A stretch of 62,462 nt of DNA, counting the filler, from Sphacelaria rigidula (lineage: Eukaryota), in assembly GCA_964200075.2 (NCBI GenBank). It is 9 parts of 9 records of this genome, joined end to end, with 100 filler letters (N's around TTAATTAATTAA, not from the genome) between each part and the next. Parts side by side here need not be neighbours in the genome. Positions count along the whole stretch, not along the records: positions 48,662 to 55,512 come from CAXNAA020017767.1; positions 55,613 to 62,462 come from CAXNAA020017768.1; 7 more parts are not named here. One strand, written 5' to 3'. Every line of letters begins with the position of its first letter. Position 1 is the stretch's first letter. The position numbers and the translations under genes are program-made. Below the pieces are notes generated by a model. It was not told the DNA's origin. It did no database searches and saw nothing but the letters and a program-made list of their open reading frames with translations. Below, in pieces: positions 52,588-62,462 of this stretch.

Positions 52588-52804
52588 AGGGGATCCTGAA
52601 AAATAGGGACGAGATTTTTCTACAGGAACGAACGGAGGTGGACATTGAAAATGATGTTACAACCGGCGCCCGTCAATCGTACCTTCGAGTCATTCAAAGG
52701 CACGTTTGACGGATACCAGTTGTAAAGTAATACTTCGAAGTATACAATTTACAACTCAGTCCGTTCCCAGAGAAAAATCTCCTTCCCATTTCTGAGGATC
52801 CCCT
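52588..52804. mobile_element. MITE with imperfect TIRs of about 45 bp
   Basis: AGGGGATCCTGAAAAATAGGGACGAGATTTTTCTACAGGAACG / CGTTCCCAGAGAAAAATCTCCTTCCCATTTCTGAGGATCCCCT. Confidence 0.65.
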
Positions 52805-55041
52805 GTTCTTTGTAGTCACGTTGTCTGCACAACAAGCGGGGCGCTCGACTCATTAGTCGACGTGGCCAACACGATAGTGTCCTGACCTAAGCAGCACATT
52901 ACGGCAGTCATTTTGCACCCCTCGATCTCGTATGCGGCAGAAAGTGTGCGTTGAGTTCTGTTAACACCGTTGTGCAGCAGTCGTACGGCAATCTGGCACA
53001 GTTTGCGCCTCTTGTCTCACAGTTTGTGTGACTCCGGCAATGAGTGTGCGGCACTGTTGACCTGTTTATGGTTTTTTCTTTATGTGCCGTATTAAAGAGA
53101 CCAGAGCAATGAGAAACCTCCGAGGGTTCTCAGCCGTGAGGTTTTGGCATCGCGCTTTTGATCCTCACTGTCTGTCCCTTGACGATATTTTCATATCCTC
53201 ACCCCCGATACCCCCGTGTTACCTACATTTGACGGCTCTACTGTGTGTTCGAGAAACCGTCTGTCTCCTCAGATGTAACCATTTCATCAATAGTCTGAAA
53301 CCGCGTTAGTATTGATGTCTCCTCAGATGTAATCATTTCATCAATAGGCGAGCGATGCAGGGCCCTGGTTTTTCCAAGAACTGGGCCAGAAGAGCGCTAT
53401 TCTTATCCCAGAGCGTTGCCAAAAACTGACCCGTGTTCTGTACTTCGTTTGCATCCAGTTGTCATCCACATTTGACGGCAGCCTCCCGCAAACAGTCTCA
53501 AATGGCAAGCACTAACGACTACTTTGTACCCCCAGCCAACCAATGCGATGATACCCCTTTGGCGTGTTCCCCTTCACGCAAGTCGTCTTGCTCTTTCTCG
53601 TGGACTCGAAGAGAATGCTGTTTCTCCCACATGAAGTTGTACAGGACATCCCGTGGTCGGCTTAGGGGCGTTATTGACGGGACTTGTTTTTCAGACGAAA
53701 ATCTCGGACATTCTCGGGCAGCTTCTACCTTTTTTCGGAAAATGTGGGAGCAGGTTGTTTAACCAGGTCAGGCACTACATTAATTCGAGACTGACTACAG
53801 CTTGCTGCGAAGACCCAGCGTCGACGTTGTTTTTCAGCTTTTTTTTTCTCAATACGTCGGGGGAAAAAAACGAATTCTTCGAAAAGGTCGGAGAAATCTG
53901 AAAAAAGACGTTGCGCTATTAGCACCACTTCAGCTGGAATTAAATCCAGCATACTTCATTACCAATTAGTATACTCATACCGGTGCTGCAGCTTTCAGCA
54001 GCTACCCACGAGAATCGTGCGGGAATGCAATAGCTAGCTGGTTGTGTGTGTATACAGCCACAAAGGCGACGAGCTTTACAAAAAAAGCCACGAGCTGTAG
54101 GCAGTAGGGTACGGAGCGATGTTGAGGTCGCGTGGCGGGCTTCCTAGATTAGGATGACAGTCGTCGGGCTAATGAGCAACTAGAGAAATGGTGCCCACGT
54201 CGTTCGATTTTGTTTTTTTCAAATGTCGGAGTTTCTAACAGATGGAAACCAAACAAGCTAATGATCTTTTTTACCCGTGACAAGACACAGTTATGCGCGG
54301 GTTTCTCAATAGCTAATAATCCCGTGAATTATCTGGACCTCCGGGGGCACGAGAAAAAAAGTAGTCTAAAGGCCTTGCCCCTCACGGACATATGTAATAC
54401 CGTGACGTCAAATTCACCCTAACCACCGCAAGCGCAACTGATACGCTGATACACAGTATCACCGACACAACTTCCCGGTCTCAAGAATTTCCCTGGAATA
54501 TTCTACCCCTCTCTCCCCTCATGTGTCCAGGCTCCAACCAACAAGCTTGCTCCTATACTTTATGTCAAACGTGCAGCCCTTAATCGGACAGCTTGCTACT
54601 GTGATCAATATCAAAGTTACACATTCCAAGGAGATGATAGCATGCTACTACTGAATTACACGCCGAAAGCCCATGTTGAAGGACGTTCTCTTCAACAAAC
54701 AACTAACAGTCGATATGTTTGGAACGCTACATCGAACACCACATCGAACCCCCAAACGCTCCAAGGTGGAGTCATCGACGGACGGACATCTCCGAGACCA
54801 TTTGACCGCCGTGTGCCGTTCGTCGTCCTTTCTTTCGACCAGTGCTAATCTACCATCTACGGTGTTCTACCCTACTCCACATATTGAAATACAAATACAT
54901 TCGTAGATTGCACTGTACGTCAACTGCCTCACAACTAGCCTGGCCATCACTACTGCACTACATTTCCTCTACCTGACCCATCTATGATGGGGATTTTCAT
55001 GCAATATTTTCCTAAACATAAAATTGAACTTCCGCGCTCAG

Positions 55042-55280
55042 ACGACGATGAAGCCCAGGGCGACGAGGAATACGAAGTGGATTACGCCAGCATGAACGTC
55101 AGCCCAGAGATCCTGCGCATGCTGGGAGCGCCTGAAGAAGCCATCGCTGCGAAAGAGCAGGAGATAGCGGCGATAAAATGGGTGGCGCCGACGGAGACTG
55201 GCCTTGAGCACAGCGCCGCAATTGCAGATTATCGAGATGTTGCGGTCGGCGGGGGTGGCGGGCCGGGCGCAGGGGGACAA
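55042..55280 (+). CDS. Internal exon with an acidic linker leading into a possible FKBP-type PPIase N-terminus
   Basis: gctcag|ACGAC...CAA|gtgagt; 239 nt, GC-rich. Encodes DDDEAQGDEEYEVDY...PTETGLEHSAAIADYRDVAVGGGGGPGAGGQ, resembling FKBP T.sGL..Y.D..vG.G..P..G. The exon is well supported; the product call is tentative. Confidence 0.55.
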
Positions 55281-55512
55281 GTGAGTTTTCGTTCGGACTA
55301 GGATTGAAGAGATGCTTGTCGCCGAACAATTTCAGCTAGTGTCTATTATTACGAAAGCATGATCATCGCTTGCCCTTCATGTACCGCATATCCCGTATTT
55401 CCGGCTGCACGGTTCACCTCAGAGCCATGCTACGATAGGGTGGGTGGGGGGGGGGAGGGTGGGTACTTTTTTGTTGCTTGCCTTCGTTGTTTTACCATTT
55501 GCCACGCATCCC

Positions 55513-55612
55513 NNNNNNNNNNNNNNNNNNNNNNNNNNNNNNNNNNNNNNNNNNNNTTAATTAATTAANNNNNNNNNNNNNNNNNNNNNNNNNNNNNNNN
55601 NNNNNNNNNNNN
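55513..55612. other. Artificial contig linker
   Basis: 44N-TTAATTAATTAA-44N. Confidence 0.98.
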
Positions 55613-58038
55613 GATTTTAATCCTCCGGATTCTCATCCTCAATCAAAAGCACCATCCTCAACATAGATGATTGGCTGTTTGAAGGACAATTTGGTGTCGG
55701 AGTGATGGCTACCGCTTGCTGCCGGAATGCTGTGCTGAATTGCGAATGGCTTGTGATCGGATGCTGATGCTGTAACAGTAGTCTACAGTATGATCTAGAG
55801 GTGTTCGAAATACCGTTCCCCAGCGGTTCTTATGCCCACGCGCAATTTGCTGTGTGTTCTGAGGAGTAAAATGATTAACAGTGTAAGTATCCGTTTTTTC
55901 CGACGTGTTCCGATAATAGATTTGAGGACATCTTTCTTCTCTCAGGCCCTGGCGAGCACGTGTATCTCGAGTTTCGCGGGGAAGAGCGCGAGCTTATAAC
56001 CGTGTGGTGTGCCCGTTTTCTCGGGGCAGATCAGTGCCGGTAGTAGTCGGCGCCGTTCGTTCGTCTATATGGGATAAACATCTCGGGAAAAGTATATACT
56101 TCCTCCAACACATGAGTAAAGTGCGTTATGTTTACACAAGCCCGCAACCGTTTCGGATGCCAATAACGATGCTATTTTTTTAATCCTTGGCGTTTTTCAG
56201 TTGAAACACGCCGCTATTAGCTTTGACCGTGCGGCCTCCCGCACGGGCCAGCGGCTACAAAAAAAACAGTCGGCCCCAGAAAGACGGTTTTCGTCTCGTT
56301 TTCCGGAGAATGGGGAAAAAGTGGAAATTCGGAAAAGACGGTCAAAAACGCAAAAAAACATGCAAGATTGGCATTCCATTCTCGCTTCATTGTTGATCGA
56401 CGATGCCCACGCATCATCTGAAAGCATGCCTACAGTTCTCAGCAAGGTAACACACACATAACCCACTGTATATGAGTTCAAGCTACACCACCTAGAGTAG
56501 TTGGCGGTCTGACTATTCAGGGGGATTTGGGGGTTTTCCTCACGTACTACTCTTCGGTAGAACTAGAAACTGCTAGCGTCGGTAGATTTTGGTATAATAA
56601 GCAAATCATGCTTGAAAAACTGTGCCCAAGTCAATGCTAGTTGGTGTTATCGGGCGAAAGAAGTAAAAACCCCGTTCATCAGGAGGGTGTTATTGACCGT
56701 GAGACACAGTTTGTCGGCTCTAGTGCAATGAGTACGCGGAATTACAAAAAAATGGAATTGTACATTTTCTTAGAAATATGGTCGGGACAGGCTCAATCGA
56801 CCGAGAATACCGAAGAGTAAGGATCTGAGCTGAAACGTTGCAGGACTCCCGATAACCGGTCAACCCGTAAGTCACTCAATATTGAGTACAGATGTTTTTT
56901 TTTCTTGGAATGTGGGGCGGACACAAATATCTTCAGATCCCCAATGTGATAAGCGGTGGAAAGCGAAAAGAGCTCAAGAAAATCGTGAATGGCGAAGAAA
57001 TCACAAAATGCCTCAACATGAATAGTTAGACCGCCCATTACTGTATCTATTACCTCGCATGGAGTCCACCGCACGAACCAAGGTCGAACACACGCTCGTA
57101 GAACCGACTGAAACTTGCAGCGAAGCACACATGTGTATGTCTTGAGGTATGGTGTAGTATGTGCACATTGCTCAACAGGAGTATGATACAATACATCGAC
57201 ACTATCGTGACATACCCATCATACTGTAGTAGACTCAAGTTGATTCCACCTTGATCAACCGGGAGACTGGAAGTCCGTGGGACTTAATGATGACTTGATG
57301 GTTAGATGGGAAGATAACTGGATGACTAAGATGTCAGGGGCGCAGCTCCCAGCCCGAAACACTCCATAAGACCAACCAGATGATTCTTTCATAATTCGTT
57401 ACCGGCTGCTACAAAGATTCGAATCTCTTCTTAATCTCTCTTCTTAATCCCTTCTGTGCAAGTGCATGCACATTTATCCAGAACAATCATATTGGATCTG
57501 GGACATCTTCACCATCAACTGTTTAACACCGCACCGTGTAATCCATACTGGTGCGCGCCAGGCTCATCCCCTGCACTCGCATCTCTTGTCTGGTGCGAAG
57601 TCCTTCTGTGCGCTTCCCGGCCAAATAGAGTTGGCTTCATGATCAAAAAAGTCAAACCATACTACCCCGCAGAGAACACCAGTTGCTGGTCGTCGGATAC
57701 CGGGATACAGCGGGAGGAAGGAGTGGAAAAATTCAGGCGGAAGTCGTTTACTCATCTTGTCGAACTGGACGCGTTCTTGGAGGCATACCCGAGGTCACCA
57801 GTGATCGGACAGTCGGAGCTACGGGCTATTCAACTGGCGTAATCGGGCCATTAGCCGCTGGAAGTGGTCGGAAACCAATTTTTTCAGAACAACTTGACGT
57901 TTACTGTACTTCATTCAACACTTCCTTAGACAATGTTTCCCACAATATCAATCCATCGGCTATCTTGGTGGTTTTGTTTGGTATTCCAGCTTGCTGCTCG
58001 AGTTAAGACGAGTTCGTTTGTATGTACAAGGACGAGGC

Positions 58039-58452
58039 AGGATCCTGTGAAATGGGGTTGATCATAAATATGAGTTTCAACTCAAAAGCAGTGCCTTCCC
58101 TGACCTAAAGCCATGACAGATCACTCTTACATGAAACGACCTCATGCCCCCCGATCTCCCTGAAACTATTTTTGAGGGTTTGCTTCCTTGATCCCCCAAA
58201 GGGTATATGCGAAAGCAGATATTTGCCTGGATTTCGGGGCGGAAAAAATGGACGCTTTTTAGCCCGAAAATGGTCCTTTCGCAGATACCCTCTGGGGGAA
58301 CAGAAGACGGGGAATCCGCACAATAGTTTCAGGGAGGTTGGGGGGCATCAGGCCATCCATATGAATTTCATTTGTTATGGCCTCGGGCCGGGGAAAGCAC
58401 AGTGTTGAGGGCGAAACTCATTTTTATGTCCAACCCCATTTCTCAGGATCCT
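58039..58452. mobile_element. Foldback MITE, nearly the whole element an imperfect palindrome
   Basis: AGGATCCTGTGAAATGGGGTTG / CAACCCCATTTCTCAGGATCCT, with inner mirrored blocks CTCCCTGAAACTATT / AATAGTTTCAGGGAG and GGGTAT.TGCGAAAG / CTTTCGCAGATACCC. Confidence 0.75.
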
Positions 58453-59282
58453 CTGTGCTTCCCGTAAACAGTTTCTCGTACACGCATATCCGGACGTCGT
58501 CTCAATTTGAGCAAAATGGTGAAATACCAAAAGTCAACATCAAGGGAACAGGAGGATTGATCTGATTTCCTCACAACTGCGGAGAAACATTGCTCACTGG
58601 ACTGGTGACCAAAAGCTCAATTCGCTAGATAAAACCGCCTTCAGAGCAGAGATGCCGCACACGCGGCCATTCGGCTGGCCTCGAAAACCCTCAAGTGGAT
58701 TTTCGAAACGTCTCCCAACACGCCGTCCGTTTTGGAAATCCCCACTGGAGGATCTTGGACATTCGCCATCCTCTAGAGGGTTTTCAACATCGGCGTCTAC
58801 CTTTAAAGGGCTTTTTAATATCGAACCCCTCTTTTTTTTCTGAAAGCACTCATGCTGTGGAAATTCCATACTGGTCACAGTATATACGTGAATGGGATTT
58901 GTACAGCAGAGGCTGTTCAAAATGTATCCTTATTTTGCCCAATCTCATAGATTGGGAAACACGAGGAGATTTTACTTCGAATAGCCCCTGCTGTACAAAT
59001 CCCATACTGTATACTGACAATACCTCACAATGTACGGGATTTGTACAGCAGAGGCTATTCGAAACAAATCCTCGTTTTGCCCTTTTTCAGGACAATAATT
59101 CATTTTGAACAGCCTCTTCTGTACAAACCCCATATACTGGCTGCCAGTATATACACACCCATGGCCATACTACACAGCAACAGCCGGAGATGCTTGTTCA
59201 CCACATGCACGCTCCACGTTTATACACACTTTGATTGAAAGACCGCAGTCTTGAGACTACCAAAACGCGGCTTGAAATCAAG

Positions 59283-59513
59283 AAGGGCTCTTTACGTTAC
59301 ACTTCACAAAGTTCGTTACACGTCACAAGTTAAGCATGGCTAGTTCTACGGTGGGGGCGTGCGTAGGCCCCCACCGTAGAACTAGCCAGGCCCAACGCTC
59401 AATTTGATTTGACTTGACTTTACTAAGGACTCCGCGTGTAACGAAGTTTATGACATGTAACGTTACGTTGTAACGTATAACGAACTTTATGAGGTATAAC
59501 GTCAAAAGCCCTG
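59283..59513. mobile_element. hAT-type MITE
   Basis: TIR AGGGCT.TT.ACGTTA.AC.TCA.AAAGTTCGTTA with an 8-bp TSD AAATCAAG (59275-59282 and 59514-59521). Confidence 0.8.
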
Positions 59514-59977
59514 AAATCAAGTCGGGGCAAGGACCGTAAATATGGTGGGGGACCACAGCTTGCAGTAATGAACACTACAGTGCAGTGGATATTTTGAACG
59601 CTTTGTAGTCTCTGGACTACGCGGGGTGATTTTTCGAGGGGTGTCTATGTGACGGATTTAGGTTGACACCCGACTGATGAAAGACAGTAGGATGCTATCC
59701 CTTGCCTGGGATCGGAGCCTTGAATGGTTGCTTATGAAAATCCCCAACTTGTTCCAATGCATATTTATCCCCATGAAAACTGGTGTCGAGGGAACTTCAG
59801 TCGGCAGTGCTGATTTTGACGGATGCACATTTTCTGAGTCAAACACGTTGCATCACCTCGTAAAAGGATTCATACAGCCTTCCCAAACAGCAGAAACAGG
59901 AGAACCCCGTTTGAATACCGTGCAAAAAAGTGCAGTTCGGAAGATATGGTAGAATTTTCTTCGACTGTGTAGAACGG

Positions 59978-60281
59978 CACAAGGGCCATTTGGCTACACC
60001 CCAAAATGCCTCTAGAGGGATACGCGGCCCTCCTGGGGGAAAACCAGCAACCGGAGGCCTTCCATCCCTCTAGAGGAGACCAAACTCTGCCGACCCGGAG
60101 GGCCGCGCACCCCTCCGGAGAAGCAAGAATAAGCCTCCGAAGGCGTTCAACCCCTCTGGACGAAACCAAAAAATCTCCTCTGAAGGGCCGCGCACCCCTC
60201 CGGAGGCGTTTGATTCCTCTGGAGGCTCGAAAAGGGTATCCACCTGGAGAAATTTTGGAGCTAGCCAAATGGCCGCGTGTG
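59978..60281. mobile_element. CAC...GTG MITE with 2-bp TSD (CMC/EnSpm-like)
   Basis: Ends CACAAGGGCCATTTGGCTA / TAGCCAAATGGCCGCGTGTG, flanked by GG on both sides, with many internal CCTC(T/C)(A/G)GAGG palindromes. Confidence 0.7.
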
Positions 60282-60384
60282 GGCCCTCGATGCGATCCCA
60301 CGAGGTTGGTGAAACTAGGCTTGTTCTCGTACGTACTAGTCTCTGCACACAATTTCAAGCTATCCCTCGATTACTCTGTTGCAG

Positions 60385-61535
60385 GCGAGAGCTTGGAGGC
60401 CGGGTGTGTCAGCCAAAAACGTAAAAAAGGCTCTCTGCGGGATGTTGCGGACACTCTATGTGTGAGTATGGCACGTTGAAGACTTCGCCGCTCGAATACC
60501 ATGTCGACCTGGTCTGGTTCCCGCTGGTGCAAATCTATTATTCGCCATTCGTGAATAACCCACGCGGTAATTGAGATTGTACTGCTCCCTGTGCCACTTC
60601 AGCCTGGAAAAATACGTCTTGATTAAGGAATGAACGACAGCTTGTCATGGATGATCGACTACTTTCGCCCCTGCCCTGTTGCCATGCTTTGACACGTCGC
60701 CGTACGTGCAGGAGTGCTCCTACGCTCCCTGGGGGTCCAAAAATGGGGTAGTCGCTGCAGCCCTGAGCGGCTCAACCGCGGGTGTTGCACTTCTCCTCAT
60801 TACTTGGACGATTGTATTTCGGTGCGTACAGCGGGTAATAAGACTGCATAACGACATTTTTCTTGGAAGACCGCCCGTTCACGGCCGTGCATGACATGTG
60901 GACACATATCCATACAGAGGGTGGAGTTGGGGTGGAATACTTGGCTCTCGGCGTGATGCCCGGCGACCGATGTACCGCTTGCGGAAATAGTCACTCGCAG
61001 TAGAAGACGAGTGGGCGGTACAGAAGAGACTGCCGTTCAGTTTGAGCTGAGGTCATCACTTCCGCCCGAAGCATCCTCGTCGGCACTATTGTTCCACTGC
61101 GCTGCGTTTTCGCGCTCTGCGTATGCTCAACCCAACTACCGGGGCACCGTATCACGGTATGGCAAGACCAGCAGCTCTTCGGTGACAAGCACATTGCCAA
61201 TAGCGCAAGCCTATAATCATTTCTACCGCGGTTGCTGGTACGCTGGACCAACCGAACAAAAATTTCCCGATACGACTGAACAGGAAAGCCAAACCGATCG
61301 TCGCCGCCCAATGGATATTCTGCGTGGTGTTCAGCCTCAGCGTCGCCTTTGTCTCGTTCGGCCAACTCGTGTCGGTGGGACCCCCGACGACCGTGAAGTG
61401 TATCGTTGGGCCCGTGATGCGCAACCTCGGTTCGGGCGGAGCTATTTCATCGCTCTTCGTGAAAATGTGGAGGGTGCTGGCTCTGTGGAAAGCGGGCATG
61501 AAGAGGGTTCGGATCAACAATCGGCTGCTGTTCAT
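60385..61535 (+). CDS. Class C GPCR (7tm_3, GABA-B/mGlu-like), partial; exons 60385-60461 (tentative), 60712-60821, 61284-61535
   Basis: gtgcag|ECSYAPWGSKNGVVAAALSGSTAGVALLLITWTIVF-CG|gtgcgt...aacag|G-KAKPIVAAQWIFCVVFSLSVAFVSFGQLVSVGPPTTVKCIVGPVMRNLGSGGAISSLFVKMWRVLALWKAGMKRVRINNRLLF|gtaagt. The phase-2 join restores R....I...Q. The pattern TM1, TM2, GP.T..C and TM3 ending in LFVKMWRV is characteristic of class C 7TM domains. Confidence 0.8.
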
Positions 61536-61879
61536 GTAAGTCCTCCGTTTCGTGCTCCGATGTTTCGAGGGTGACGCGCGGTACCGGTCGGGGATATGGG
61601 GGGGGGTGGGGAATGGATACAATACACATTTCGTGTTCGTGTACGTCGGCCTTTGGACCCGACTTCGAAGAAGGAAAGACAATTTCTTCCCGGGCTAAAG
61701 CTATACTTAGTGCCTAGGGCGTCGTCTTTTGTGGGGGCGCGCTCTTCACGGGAGAATATAACGCAGCCATCGTGGTCCCAAAATTGGATTTGTTGATCAA
61801 GTGATCACCCCAACCACGAGGTGGACGATTCGCGGGTCAAGAGTGCATCCTCGAACCCAATACTAGTTTCAACAGGACA

Positions 61880-62307
61880 CACACGCGGCCATTCGGCTAC
61901 CACCAAAAATTCTCTGTTCCGGTCGACTTTTTGAGCCTCCAGAGGAATTATAGGCCTCTAGAGGAATTAAACGCCTCTAGAGGGTGCGCGGCCCTCCAGA
62001 GGGGTGGTATATCGAACGCCTCCAGAGGCTTGTTTTGCCTCTCGAGGGTCGCGCACCCTATGGAGGAACTTGGAGGATGCGCAGCCCTCCAGAGCATCAT
62101 CTTTTTTTGTTACCCTCTCGAGGGATTCAGACCTCGGAAGTCACCGGAGCATCAGATGCCCTCCAGAGGATTCGTTTTATGACCGGAACTAAGTGTGAAA
62201 TACCCTTTGAAGGATATTTTTATCCTCCGGAGGATCACTTTACCCTCTCGAGAGGATGAAAATCGCGATGGAGGATGTTCATGGGGGTAGCCAAATGGCC
62301 GCGTGTG
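61880..62307. mobile_element. CAC...GTG MITE with 2-bp TSD, same family as 59978-60281
   Basis: TIR CACACGCGGCCATT(C/T)GGCTACC, flanked by CA on both sides, with about 10 internal CCTC(T/C)(A/G)GAGG or CCTCTCGAG motifs. Confidence 0.8.
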
Positions 62308-62462
62308 CAGTGTTACCCGACACGGTAGGGCAGCCGGCTGCGCTTGCGGTAGGTCATTGCAAAAAGACACACATGGTGTGTTAGAAAATGAGGCTATGAA
62401 GCCATGCTCTTCAACGCTTCGTATGGTATTAACTTTATATATATGTAGTGTTGGGATCGCAG

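Noticed and set aside
6854-55612. Regularly spaced TTAATTAATTAA motif as a biological periodic element
   Set aside because: It is always embedded in 44N flanks between size-sorted contigs, so it is an assembly linker.
61011-61682. Long overlapping ORFs of 187 aa (+) and 176 aa (-)
   Set aside because: They are shadows of the GC-rich GPCR exon, which uses a different plus-strand frame bounded by splice sites.

Overview
Eukaryotic nuclear DNA, most likely from a brown alga or related stramenopile. This is inferred from long GT-AG introns, short exons, a POMP-repeat exon and the repeat landscape; no database search was run. The window is not one locus. It is nine contigs of 6853-6850 bp, sorted by decreasing length and joined by 100-bp artificial linkers (44N-TTAATTAATTAA-44N), so no synteny can be inferred across linkers. 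Most six-frame ORFs are spurious; genes were reconstructed by hand from splice sites. Supported genes: (i) a spliced family-1 uracil-DNA glycosylase (contig 2, minus); (ii) two in-phase exons encoding an MLKL-like four-helix bundle plus brace region (contig 3, minus); (iii) exons of a class C (GABA-B/mGlu-like) GPCR covering TM1-TM3 (contig 9, plus); (iv) one symmetric phase-1 exon encoding a single POMP-type repeat (contig 7); (v) a possible FKBP exon (contig 8) and several hypothetical exons. The rest is transposon-rich: non-autonomous hAT elements with 8-bp TSDs, a nested GAG-ended MITE with a 4-bp TSD, PIF/Harbinger-type MITEs, CAC...GTG MITEs with 2-bp TSDs, a decayed Ty3/Gypsy, a LINE fragment, minisatellites and microsatellites. 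The best candidate for an unusual system is the MLKL-like domain, followed by the class C GPCR.
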